Positions 12,441-24,792 of a DNA stretch of 64,000 nt are shown here, in pieces (position 1 is the stretch's first letter; every line of letters starts with the position of its first letter). Source of the stretch: Podarcis cretensis (taxonomy: Eukaryota). The notes under the pieces were generated by a model, which was not told the DNA's origin, did not search any database, and saw nothing but the letters and a program-made list of their open reading frames with translations. The position numbers were made by a program, and so were the translations under genes. Location of the stretch: the NCBI GenBank assembly GCA_951804945.1, contig OX638163.1, forward strand, positions 47,926,001 to 47,990,000, in the 5' to 3' direction.

Positions 12441-14664
12441 ATATACCACAAGGTGAAGAATTGCTGTTCAGAAAGATGAATTTCATAAGGTTCGAATGTA
12501 GATTGTGCACTATGCATGTGAACTTAGTCGACACGTGCATTTTCTATATTTCTTAAAATGCACTCTTTGTGAATTTTCTTAGTGCAGAATAGGTGATGGG
12601 AAGTGCTTTGTTGTTGTTTTTACAAAGAAAAAACCCCCTCAGCAATCACCACCTTGAGTCTTAATTCTCGTTCCATCTTTCACATGGACTGCAAGCAATA
12701 CAGAAGGCGACAGGAACAAACTGTGTGGGAGATCACGAACATTCAGCATCCCGGTACCTGGTATGTGAAGAGAGCGAGCTGTCACCCACATAAAATGCTC
12801 TGAAAGCTATTTAGCATGCTGGATTTTGAACATGGGAAACACTGCTGTGTGGGTTTCTCCCCCCCCCCCCATTAATGGGAAATGTTTCCATTCCTGTTTT
12901 GTCTTCAAAAAGCTCTTTCATTTATCTGCTCCCCCTCCCGTCTTTTTACTCTCTTTCTCCAGTAAACGTGGCTGTTTCACTTTCACAGCCCTCACAAGAA
13001 TATATCTGGCAGGTCTGAACAGCAGCTCTGTAATTGAGCCTTAATAAACCCTCATCAATGTATTTCAGTTCCCTTGGAGTTTTTACTACTTCAATAGATC
13101 CCCTTCTGCTCTGACGGCATTGTCCTGCAACTTTCAGCTGGAGCTAATAATGACTTCTCTACCTGGCTTCCTCCTTCTTAGTAAGTGTCTGGCTGTGCCA
13201 GGTTTGGGAAGAATTATTATTCTTTCCTTCCACTGCATACCTGGAAATAGGGGGGTGGGGTTAATTGTTTATAGTTGCTGCTCAGATGCTGCCATTGATT
13301 AGGGCTCTGGCTTTCTGCAGCCAGGCCACCCCTCTGGCTGTAATTATGTGTTTGCTTCTGACTGCGGACAAGTGAAACGACATTGAGAGGGTGATGGATT
13401 GGGAGAGAACTGAATGGGCATCTTTTGTGTAGCATTGTGGGCTACCTGGGCCAGTTACACATACACAGGTTGCAGCAAGTGCTTTGAAAGAAACTTCCAT
13501 GCCCATCTCTGGAAGAGCTGAGCTCTTTTTTAAACACAGCACTACAGCTGAACTCTTCCTTTTGAACACAGCAATGGCCAAAAGCAGGATGAATTAAACC
13601 ATGGCTAGAATTGTGTCACCTGTGTCTGCAACTAAAGTCTCTCTGGCTACAGTGTCCACAGCTGGAGGCAGTAATGCTTCTGAATACCAGTTGCTGGAAA
13701 CCACAGGAAAGGAGAGTGCTCTAGTGCTCTTGTCCTGTCTGGGGCCTTTCCTGAGGCCTCTGGTTGGCCACTCTGAAAACATGCTGCTGGGCTAGATGAG
13801 CCGTATGACAGAAGGAGATCCCCCCCCCCAATACCCTCTTTCACCATACCATGTATAATTTATATAGCATATAATCCAATCATGTGTCCCTCTGACCCAT
13901 CTTTAGAGGGGGGAAACCTTTTAGTTTAGGGGGGTAATGGTTGTTGTGTCTTTTAAGGAAATAACATGCAATACACCCAAAGTCTAGTTTTTCTTTCTTT
14001 TCTTGGTTTGCTTATTTTGCATGACTTCCAACACAGCTCTCTCAAATTAGACTTACAGTTGAAGTATATTAGCCAAAATTCAGTCCCCAGGACAGCATGT
14101 GTCTGGACCCCTTGCTTTTATTTATAGTTCTCCTGCTTCATGCCAAGATGTGTTTAATGGCCCTGAACAGTTCCATTTAGGGCAGTGGCCTATTTTTGGC
14201 CTTCCTTTTCAAAATTGGCTTGGGAGATCTGCCTGCCATAGGTACAATTCCAGAGGGGTGGCAGGCATGTTCAGTCTGCTACTGTAGAAACAGCAGAAGG
14301 TCTTGGAAGACCAGTGGGTTCATTTTGGTGGAAGGTTTCCTGGGCCAGATAGAGCTCTTGACATGAGTAAAACCAGAGAGGTCCTCTTCAAATTACACAT
14401 GGCTCCTCGGCTAACCTGCAGAAGTTGTGTGCTGAACATAGCTCCTCAGCCAAGGATGGAGACCCATCAGAAGCATGATAAACCTTTTGATCACTGCCTT
14501 CCTAGGACTGCAAAAAGGAGGAGGTGGGATCGTTGAGTATCAGCTGGGAGATGTAGCTTGTGGGCTGCATCCGGCTTGGTAGGATGGAATGCTCATGTGT
14601 GATCCAGCCCTGGCTCTGCTCTGATTGCTGCAAAAATGAGGGTGCCTCTGTCTTTCCTTTGCAG

Positions 14665-14932
14665 AATGCTGACCTTGAGTATGAGTTGGATGTTCTTTCA
14701 AAGATCCCGTTGCCTCTTGTCCATTGGTCCTCTCAAGCCACGGAGTCTTGCCTTCACGGTATCCCGGAAGAACTCCGCTGTGGCTTCTACAAGCTTTCAT
14801 CCACTATGGAAGGCCAAGTACCTTGGAGGCCCTGGTGCCATGAGATCCAGTTATTGCCTTGGACCTTATTTCCAATGAAAAAGGGATTAACACTGAGGGG
14901 CTCTTAAGGAGAGGGGGCAATTACTGGCATGA
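14665..14932 (+). other. Putative 5' UTR part of the ATG-containing HTR2C exon
   Basis: Strong acceptor CTCTGTCTTTCCTTTGCAG ending at 14664. No transcript evidence. Confidence 0.45.
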
Positions 14933-15320
14933 ATGATGAGTGCCACTAATGGGGCTGGGGTTCTTGTTGGCCTTACAACAGTGTCCGTCCCACTAGACTT
15001 TAGCTCACACAGTGGCCTGATGTCCGGGCCACTGAGCCACAATTTGACTCTGAATCAGACTTCACCAACGTCCGATCCTCTGAATGTCTCTGAGGGGGCA
15101 GCAGCCCCTCGGAAGTCCATCGGGGACAAGAACTGGCCTGCCCTCCTCATCCTGATCATTATCCTACTGACTATTGGAGGGAACATTCTGGTCATCATGG
15201 CAGTCTCCTTGGAGAAGAAGCTCCAAAATGCCACCAACTACTTCCTGATGTCCTTGGCAGTGGCGGACATGTTGGTGGGCATCCTTGTCATGCCAGTTTC
15301 CCTCATCACCATTCTTTACG
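14933..15320 (+). CDS. HTR2C: 5-hydroxytryptamine receptor 2C, coding exon 1 (N-terminus, TM1-TM2)
   Basis: Peptide [58 protein letters not shown] matches 5-HT2C TM1-2. In-frame TGA immediately before ATG 14933. Donor ACG|GTAAGT at 15320/15321, 388 nt, phase 1. N-glycosylation sequons NLT, NQT, NVS. Confidence 0.93.
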
Positions 15321-15549
15321 GTAAGTCACTGCCTTTGTTCAAGTTGAAGCCAGATGGACTGGGAGGACATAGCCCTTAACTGAACAGCAGGTGGGTTTTT
15401 AAAGCCTTTTCTGACTCCTCTGATTTCTGCAGGTAAAGACCTGCTCTGTGCAGGCAGCGATGGTTATTCCTCCTTCACAGAAGCCCTGACGAAGTTCTTA
15501 ACTGAAACACATTGAGCATAATAAATTAGAGCAGGAGTAGCCAATTTGG

Positions 15550-16280
15550 GTGTGTGAGGTGTTAGGGGAGGGGTAGTGCCTTTGGTGGGGGACACATTGT
15601 GCTCCTTCTGGGCTAGTTTGTCCACCTTTTGTCCCACCCTGCTCTCACCTGGGGCTCCCAGAAGCTATGAGCATGTGACAGCAGCTACACCCTAGGAAGG
15701 GCTTTGACTGCTGGCTAAACCAGTTGAGGGGAGCCAATGGGTCTCAAACCCTCTGTGAGTTAAGGAATCCCCTTGCATGCCAAGACAGGCTTGGAAGATT
15801 GAGTGGATGAGACCACTAATGGGTCCAACAATCAAGAAAGCGGTTTCTGCATGTACTGTAGAGGGAAGTGAGGGGCAGATGGGGCTCATCAACCTGGAAA
15901 GGTACCTCATCTAGGAGAAGGAGAACTCTGATCCTAAATTTCCACTGGCTTGTGGGATATCTTCAGGAGAAGAAAGGGCTCAGGAGTAAACCCTACACAA
16001 ATCCAGAGTGGAGTCCCTAAGATGATTGGATGGCACCTTGTACGCCTCCCTCTGGGAACTCCTGCAGCCAAGCTGGTGCCAAATGTATTGCTCTGCTTTT
16101 CTTTGGACCACCTCTGCGAGAGCAAGAGAGGGGTCTTGTCATCTGGACAGCCCAGGATCTTCACACACACTGTCCAGGCTTGCACCCTGGGGAGGTGACT
16201 TTGGTGCTGCTGACACAATAGTTTGACTTCACCCCTGGAGGTGCACTCCATTGTTTCTTGAGACAAATGGATGCTAACAA
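15550..16280 (+). mobile_element. Unclassified non-coding retroelement (possibly an RTE/Vingi-like non-autonomous element); partial copies at 22316-22740 and 54897-55080
   Basis: Three copies share CCTCTGGTGGGGGAC.C, CTCTCACCTGGGGCTCC.AGAAG.TGTCAGCATG. The first two also share AAACTCTG.TCCTAAA..TCCACTG. Confidence 0.6.
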
Positions 16281-17099
16281 GCCAATGTGGTTCCCTTAAA
16301 GTGATGTTGGAGTACATCCTTGACCATTGTCCTTTTTGCTGGGGATAATGGGAGTTGCAGTACAGCAGCATCTCAAGGGCTAAGGGGGAGTCACTCCTTC
16401 ATTTCTTCTCTAGGTGGGCTGCAGGAGGTGTGAATTACATGCGACACTGGGCTGCAGGTAAAAGTTGCTCCTCAGTGTGGAAGCTCCCTGCAGCTAGGAA
16501 GCCAGCCCATCAAAGAGAAAGCCTTTAACTAGTTATTTTACTTGGAAGGAAAGGTAGTTTGGGCTGGTTTTCTTAACCTAGGTGACATTCCTGAATGTGA
16601 TCACTGCTGGATCAGGCCAATGCCCCATCTAGTCCAGCATCCTTTTCTCACAGTAGCCAACCAGAAGCCCATGAGCATGACTTGAGTGCAACAGCACTCT
16701 CCCACTTTGCTTTCTTTAGCATTTCTGCTGATTGGTGCTGCCCTCTAGCATTCCTCAGAATTACAGCAGACTTTTGATGTCACTGCTGTGGTCTTAGAAT
16801 GCCTGTCCCTCAGGGGGGCAGGCAATAGCTTCCTGGCAGAATACACTGCTTTATGTGTGTCTGGTCCCTGATTCAATTCCCACCCAGCACTCCCAGCATA
16901 AAGGCTGTTCAACAGCAGAACCATAGAAAGTTCCCCGCCTTTTCTGGGCACAGCTCTACAGGTTCTCAAGTAAAGTGGACATTACTGGAGGAGATGGGCC
17001 AAGGGTTTGGTTAAATATAAGGAAGCTTTGTATCTGTGTGTTGATGCCTTCGGGTAGTTCAGTTGGCCCTGGTCACAGGGTTGGCATTAAGATAGGCAT

Positions 17100-17914
17100 G
17101 GAAATACAACCGGAAATGGAATGTGAATATACAGAACTGGACGTGAGCTAAAGGATATATAATAAGAAAATAATTATGGAATATTATCCCAGTATGTGAT
17201 CACAGTGGAGAGATTTTAAAATGGACATGGAGGGAAGAATTTACTATCATTCATTGTGGAGTTACAGTGGTGGGAATTAATGGAGGTAAAGTTAATATTA
17301 AAGGGAAAATATGGTTGACATTTACCAATACTAACAACAATTTGGGAACCCGTCTTGGACTTTTAATGGGAAAAAGAAATGAATGATTCTAAAACACCTT
17401 GACTTAAAAGAAATATTGCTTAATAGAAAGTGGAGAAGATGGGTGTTAGCATGGACTGAATGTCTTACATAATCCTTTTTTGTTTAATATAACTAGCAAA
17501 TGGAAAATTGGAAGGACTTTTTGGTAGCTTTCTCTAATGTTTCTTTTGTCTTTTTATTTTCTTTCTCTTCTCTTCTCTCTTCTCTCATTCCCTTTCATTC
17601 TTTTTTGTTTGTTTGTTTGTTTGTTTTCTTTCTCTGAAGTCCATGTCTGTGGGCTTTATTAAGGTCCAGAGTATATATTCATGGGGATGGTAAAAGGTTG
17701 ATGAAGGACCCTGGGTAAGAGATACGGAAATGTCGGTCTCCAAGTGAGAGCTGGGAGGAGTTACTATCTTCTGTAGGTGGGGAGGGCTAAGAATTACTTT
17801 TAAGAGAGGATTCTGTATCCTACTTGCATTTTTTGTAGCAGCTATTTTATTGTATTATGAAGACTTCAATAAAAAAAACCTCATCATTCACAAAGGATGA
17901 TGAGGGTTCTATTC
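17100..17914 (+). mobile_element. Degenerate L1 3' end
   Basis: L1-like A-rich body, T-rich 3' UTR and AATAAAAAAAA. 11-bp TSD AAGATAGGCAT at 17089-17099 and 17915-17925. Confidence 0.6.
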
Positions 17915-18307
17915 AAGATAGGCATCCCTGAGCACTTGCCAAAGCCCACAGTGTCGTCCAAGGAGACCACCATCAACCCCCCCCCAAGCCTCCTTGCTGT
18001 GCCATCACTGCCTGTTCACGTGCCCTCTTCTAAGCAAGCAAGCAAGCAGGAACATGGGTGAGGAGAGAGCAGCAGCCTTCACTTATTTTGCACTCTCCTG
18101 CCCAATTCTGCAGATTCATCTCAGGAAACAGGCCATGGGGTGCCAGCAGGGAGGAGATGGGCTCACTGAGGAGGGCCTCCTACTGAGGGCATTGTGTTTA
18201 GGAGCTCTCTACAACCTAGGGTCAAGTGGGTGCTAGAGGTTCCTAGGGAAGGCAGGCAATATTGAGTCAGAGAGAGCATGCAACTTGGACAGCTCCCAGA
18301 GAAAGTG

Positions 18308-18328
18308 CCCAGGACCTTGGACAGCTCC
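18308..18328 (+). promoter_or_regulatory. RE1/NRSE (REST)-like site, with a second half-site at 18278-18296
   Basis: CCCAGGACCTTGGACAGCTCC versus consensus TTCAGCACCnnGGACAGCnCC, with correct spacing. Confidence 0.5.
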
Positions 18329-19294
18329 AAGGAGCCCTGCTCAGGCTATTGTAGCCAACCAAAGCCTTGGGTGGGCTGGATGGAAGAGTTGGCTGGCCCT
18401 GGCCTTGATTCATTGCTTTTGCCTTCTTTAAGAGCTCAGAAGATTGACACATCTTCTGAGCCAGAGCATGGTGGTAGGGCTGTGTTCTCCAGGGTCTGAG
18501 TACAATTATGGTGGTCATCTCTCTGAGGAAATAGCTGAACCTCATCTGAATCTCCCTGCTGTGCTGTGCAAAGTTCCTGGACCATGGGTCACAACACCAG
18601 CACAGTCCAGTTAATGAGCCTGTTCTGCTCTGGCCATGAACTCTCGCACTCCAGGACTCATCATGAAATTCTTTCCCTCCTTAGCTAACTTCATTTGGCA
18701 GGGTGCCACATGGAGCAATCTCACTCTGATCTGCACACTGCCAAGCTCTTGGTGGAATGCAGCCTCCCAACCCCTTTTGGCCAGCATCCAAAGCACCACA
18801 CAAACTTGGTTCCCACTCACCCTGCAGAACACTGAGCATGCATTTCTATAAGCACTACATCCCACCCCACACACCCACCAATGCACCCTGGTGCTGTGCT
18901 TTGAAATTTGGGGAGGTGGTGAGGTTTAAAAAGTCAACTTTTGACATGGTCTGGACATTTACTGTTCCAATGAAATAAGTCCTCCACCCCCCACCCCAAA
19001 AACCCCAGGCTACCGCTTTGCAAGGGGTGGGAGATGTACTTGCCTACTGTGGCTCTTAGGATCCCAGCAGCTGCTGGAACAACCCACGCTTCTCCCTAGG
19101 GAGAGCACAGCAGGCTTAAGGAGCCTAGATACTGCTTTATGATCCCTATTGTTCCCAAGAATGCCACCCCAAGAAGGAAGACCGACGCTCCTGCCCACAT
19201 GAGGACTATAAAACCCACAGCTCCAAAGCATGAACCACATACAGAAAATTACACAGATGTGCCCCCCCCAATCTTTATCCAGGGCAAAACTATA

Positions 19295-19656
19295 AAGGTA
19301 AAGGTACCCCTGCCCGTATGGGCCAGTCGTGTCCGACTCTAGGGTTGTGCACCCATCTCACTTAAGAGCCCGGGGGCCAGCACTGTCCGGAGACACTTCC
19401 AGGTCATGTGGCCAGCGTGACGAAGCTGCTCTGGTAAACCAGCATCAGCGCAGCACACGGAAACGCCGTTTACCTTCCTGCTATAAAGCGGTACCTATTT
19501 ATCTACTTGCACCCGGGGGTGCTTTCGAACTGCTAGGTGGGCAGGAGCTGGGACCGAACGATGGGAGCTCACCCCGCCGCGGGGATTCGAACCGCCGACC
19601 ATGCGATCGGCAAGTCCTAGGCACTGAGGTTTTACCCACAGCGCCACCCGTGTCCC
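19295..19656 (-). mobile_element. Sauria SINE
   Basis: Full length. 13-bp TSD GGGCAAAA(C/A)TATA at 19282-19294 and 19658-19670. Confidence 0.93.
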
Positions 19657-20272
19657 GGGGCAAAAATATAATTCACCCTTAAAAGAAAAAACAACTTTTG
19701 GAACCTTTGGAGTGTTCTGCAGGCATAGGTCTTATATGCAATGAAAGAATATGGGCCTGTGCCATTGCTGATGCTGCTCACAAACCCAACTGCTGTTCCC
19801 TCAATATTAACTTTCCCCTTGCCGCCCCATGCATCTACTAAGCTCACTTTCCTCATTCCCAGTGCCATTTCCTCATTCAAATACAGAATTGTGACATGGC
19901 ACCATAGATTCTCCAAGGAGGGAGGAGACTCATTGGAGGTCACAGGCTTTGTCTTAGGTGCAGGGGTGGGGCGCCTCCAGCATGCAGGCTTAACAGGCCT
20001 CCTCCTTTGGCCCGCAAGGCCATTTCCCTAAGGCTGTACTCACCTGCCCTCCACCTGACATCATATGTCACACAGCTAATCCCTGCAGAAAGCAGGGCTG
20101 AAATTTTCATCCGTCAGCTGTTGTGTGGAGAGTTCAGTCCTGCTTTCAGTGCAAGCCCCCTCCTAATCATATGCTTAGTGGCTATCTGGACATCCACTGC
20201 AGCAAGGGAAAACACTTCGCACATGCTCAAGAGTGTCACTTTCATTTTGCATGTTCAAAATGAGACAGGCAA

Positions 20273-20990
20273 TTGTTTATTTATTTCATAAAATTTATAT
20301 ACCACTTATTAAAAAAACCAACATCCTCAAAATGCTTTACAAAAACAACAAAAATCATTAGTAAAAGCAATTAAAATGTTCAGTAAATTAAAACTAGGAA
20401 TAAACTAAAGACACATTAGTATTCTAGATATCTATGTAGGCTCGTCTAAACAAAAATGTGCCAAAAAGAGTACAGTGAAGGTTTCTTCCTGATGTTAATA
20501 GACAGGGAGTTCCAAAGTGTAGGTGCTGTCACACTAAGAGATCAATTTCTTACAGATGTGAAATGGATATTATGTGACACCTGCAGTGGTGCCAATTCCA
20601 CTAAGTGAAGCAGCCAATTGGGCACATGCAGGGATAAGGAGATCTCATAGGTGAACTGGTCCCAAGTTGTTAACGGCTGCATATGCTAATAGAAGCATCT
20701 GGAATGGGGCCCAGTAGCAAAGCAGCAACCAGTGCAGATATCTGAGCACAGGTATTAACAGGGCCTTCCTCCTGTCAATTATCGTGCTGCAGCTTTCTGC
20801 ACTAACTGCAGCTATGAGGGAAGCCCCACATAGAGGGTACTGCAGTAATCCAGTCTTAAAGGAACCAGCACAGGAACTATGGTGGATAAACTTTCCCAGT
20901 CCAGTATGGTGGCCTGGGACAAACCCATTAGAAGTGGAGACCTGTAAAACAACAGCAGCAGTAATAAATCCTAAGCAAGCCCTTTGATAC
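20273..20990 (-). mobile_element. Degenerate L2 LINE 3' region
   Basis: Minus-strand IPVLRYLHWLLLCYWAPFQMLLLAY resembles the L2 RT C-terminus; (TTTA)n tail. Confidence 0.55.
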
Positions 20991-22186
20991 CTGTAAATCA
21001 GTCTCTCTCTGAACCAAAATGCATTTGGTCCAACATCTGCTCTAAAGGAAATTGCCACCCGACCTCCCACTTTGAATAACAGCCTCTTAATTCCAACGGA
21101 AGCATTAGGAGGCCCCTTAATGCCCATTGTGCCTTGAAGTATTCATGCACCTGGGCTTGTGTGGCTGGCTGCTGGCGCGTCTCCGTTTGTGTGGAAGAAT
21201 GAACATTGGAAATTGCGTCTCTGAGTTGCTTCTCTAGCTAAAAGGGTCTCAAGTCACAGGTGATTAAAAAGGCTTTTCTCTGCTTTGAAGCCCTGGAGAA
21301 CGATTATGAACCTGGATAAATACTGGGGTGCAAAAGACTCGTGAGTGTGGCTCTTTCAAGTCTCTCTATCTGGCCCCTAGATCTCTCTGCAGGCTGCATA
21401 CACTCGGTCCAGCCTTGCACCTTCCTTGAGTGGTTTTGCCTGACTGGGATGTGTCTTTGAGCTTTGATCATGCCTCTTGCTCCCCTGGGCAGAGGATAGA
21501 AAGATGTCTGTGCAGAAGCTAGCCTATTGTAGAAGTGTAAAATTTGCATTCATTCATCCAGCCACTTTGGCCTCTGGCCCTGCCCACCACTGGCCTGCAG
21601 CCTCTGATGGCTGCTGAGAAGGGAACATGGCCATCAGGCTGAAAACGTTTCCCCAGGTTCCAGAGACTAAACTTGGGGCCTTCTGCATGCAAAATGGATG
21701 CTCTGCCACAGAGCTTTAGCAGTCAGGGTGAACCCTTGTCCAACAGTTGCACATTACAAGGATTTTGGCCCCTGAAACTTTTCCTGGGAAGCAGCTTGTC
21801 TTTCAGAGCTGAATCTCACCTTTCAAAAGCTGCTGTTCATTTTATCAAATGCCCCCTGCACACGTATTTTCTTCACCGTTTCCCCACATGTCCTCCTCAC
21901 CACCACCCCCCCGCCTCCGGCACTTTTCTCTCTCTATCAAATCAGTATATAAAAACCAGTAGACATCATTTCACATAGAAACCCCTCACACCCTGTGAGC
22001 AGGCTTTTGAAGGTGAAGGCCATGGTATTTCTGTTGGGAACAGCTGGAGGAAATGTTCAGAGCTGAAACAAAATGAAAGACTCCTGCTGGAATCTTTGGG
22101 TCATGCTGCTAGGCTTTGAAACAGGAGGGTGCTGAAAGAAATGGGGTGGGGATTGCAGTGGCCTCATTTCTCCAAACTGCCCCCTT

Positions 22187-22220
22187 CTCCTCCTCCTCCT
22201 CCTCCTCCTCCTCCTCCTCC
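22187..22220. repeat. (CCT)n microsatellite
   Basis: Direct reading. Confidence 0.9.
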
Positions 22221-22922
22221 AGCACAAGCCCTCAAGCAGCAATGCTGATGAAGGAGAATGACCATAGCATTTCAGCTCTCTGTGTTGTGACATTTTAAAT
22301 GCTGCCATATTGTGTATGGGGTGTTAGGAGAGAGGTAGTTCCTCTGGTGGGGGACACATCATGCTCCTCCTGGGGGAGTTTGTCACCTTTGGTCCCCCCC
22401 ACAGCTCTCAGCTGGGGCTCCCAGAAGGTGTCAGCATGAGACAGCGGCCACACCCTGGAAAATGGCTTTTAGTGACTGGGTAAACCAGGTATGGGGAGCT
22501 GATGAGTCTCAGACCCTGCTGAGCTAGGAACTTCCCCTGCATGCAAGACAGGCTCCAGCAGATGGAGTGAATGATACCTATAGTGGGCCCAATAGTCAAG
22601 AAAGCAGTTTCTGCATGTGCTGTAGAGGGAAGTGAGGGGCAGATGGGGCTCGTCTACCTGGGAAGAAGGAAAACTCTGGTCCTAAACCTCCACTGCCTTG
22701 TGGGATATCTTTGGGAGAAGAAAAGGCTAAGAGACTCCAGCCTGAAACCCTGGGGCCCACTACCAGTCAGTGTAGATGACACTGTGCTGGAGCCTGGATG
22801 AAGTGACAGCTGTGTATGCACCATTCACAGTTGCCCATGGCCCTGAACCTCTGAAGTTAGAATCCAGAAGAGGCAACCTGCTGAACCAGTCAAACCAGTT
22901 CCTTTGGTCTTAGCCGCTCAGC

Positions 22923-23113
22923 TAAGAGCTGTTCGACAGTGGAATTTGCTGCCAAGGAGTGTGGTGGAGTCTCCTTCTTTGGAGGTCTTTAAGCAGAGGC
23001 TTGACAACCATATGTCAGGAGTGCTCTGATGGTGTTTCCTGCTTGGCAGGGGGTTGGACTCGATGGCCCTTGTGGTCTCTTCCAACTCTATGATTCTATG
23101 ATTCTATGATTCT
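22923..23113 (+). mobile_element. Young CR1 LINE 3' fragment
   Basis: Appears identical to 6684-6871; (ATTCTATG)n tail. Confidence 0.92.
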
Positions 23114-23502
23114 AAGTACCCGCCATCAGCATCTTAAAGATGTTGTTCTTCTGCCATAGGGACAAATGAGTGGGCCTTTTCACACCTCACCTGGCTGGAT
23201 GCCACATTGTCTTAAGATGGAGAGCCATAGGCCAAAGGAGTCAGGGTACATGTAGGTTTTGGCTATTGGAATTGGATACATAGAGGCTTGCCATTCTCTG
23301 TGCTGGACCCAAAAAGCTATGACCTGGGGATATCCCTGGGAACCTAATGAGGGAGACAAGATCTGTTCTATGTCAGTTCTATGAGACACTCCATCCTAAG
23401 CTTAGCTTGTAGATAGGTATAAATAAAATAATATGCCCTAAAGACACCACAGTCTCCATAATCTTCATTCCTGGGAAATCATCAAATCCTTGGTAAGAGA
23501 TT

Positions 23503-23503
<1 letters not shown>

Positions 23504-23537
<34 letters not shown>
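23504..23537. repeat. (GT)n microsatellite
   Basis: Direct reading. Confidence 0.9.
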
Positions 23538-23539
<2 letters not shown>

Positions 23540-24151
23540 CCCTCTCAAAGTGCCTTCTATGCAATATCTAAGTGCAAATAAATCTGCAAAACTCACATCA
23601 AATAAAAGTAAACATCTTACAAAATCATCATACTGCACCCAAAAAAATGTAAAGCCAAATAACTGGCTGGAATAATAAAAGAGTAAATTGAACCAGCAAA
23701 GATCGTTCAGTAAAGCTACCTAAGATTTGAAAAACATTACAGGCAGTTAAAACCTTATAGGACTGCAGCATCTTTTACAAGAAAGCCATCTGAAAGAGAA
23801 TAGGAAAAAGAATATTAAAAACAGCCTCTTCCTTTCAACTCTATGTGCTAGCTTTTGTTAAGATTAAATTCTTCCAGTGTCTGTCAGGGTCCAAGCCAGC
23901 CTCCAGCTTGGTATCCTTCAGATGTTTCTGGTCCTCTGCCCCACATCATCCCTGGCCATTTCCTGTGCTGGCTGGGGCCAAATGGGACTTGTAGTCAGGA
24001 ACCTCTGGAGGGCAGCATGTTGAGGAAGACTCACTGACACCGACTGGCAGTGACTCTCCAGAATTCCAGAGCCATGTCTTTTCCAGCTATATCTGGGGAA
24101 ACCAGGGATTGAGCATGGAACCTTCTGCATGCAAAACAGGTGCTCTACCAC

Positions 24152-24792
24152 TAGGGAATGAGGGGAAAGTTCAGTTCAATTCACATTTAAAGACTAACTT
24201 TGAAAATTTGCATTTTCCAAATGCAAAGCAAAACACAACTATCCTTTGAAAGCCACACTTTTGCCTCCAGTTTGTCTCCAGTCAAACAATGTGTACAAAA
24301 ATGCATATACAAGAACAAAGTGGGCATATAAATGCATGTGTTAGTAAAAATAGCATGCAATGATGCATTATAACTAGGGGAAATTGCTTTGGAAAAATGT
24401 GTTTACAGTGGTACCTCGGGTTAAGAACTTAATTCATTCTGGAGGTCCATTCTTAACCTGAAACTGTTCTTAACCTGAGGTACCACTTTAGCTAATGGGG
24501 CCTGCCATGCCACCACTGCGTGATTTCCGTTCTCATCCTGAAGCAAAGTTCTTAACCTGAGGTACTATTTCTGGGTTAACGGAGTCTGTAACCTGAAGCG
24601 TCTGTAACCTGAGGTACCACTGTATTAGGCGGATTGCATATAAAAATGTGTATGACAGAAATTTGCCCCTAAATGCTAATGGGTATTCATGATGAGTTAA
24701 AAACAAAAGAATGCAATCTGATGCAGAAATATGGAGAAGAAAAGTTGGAAAAAACAGAAAGTAGCAGAAACTTATGTATTCACCCATCCCTA
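24152..24792. mobile_element. Non-autonomous hAT-like element
   Basis: Ends TAGGGAATG...CATCCCTA. 8-bp TSD (T/G)CTACCAC at 24144-24151 and 24793-24800. Related copies at about 30050-30612 and 42865-43270. Confidence 0.7.
24406..24622. mobile_element. Tc1/mariner-type MITE
   Basis: TIR CAGTGGTACCTC / GAGGTACCACTG flanked by TA on both sides. Confidence 0.88.
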
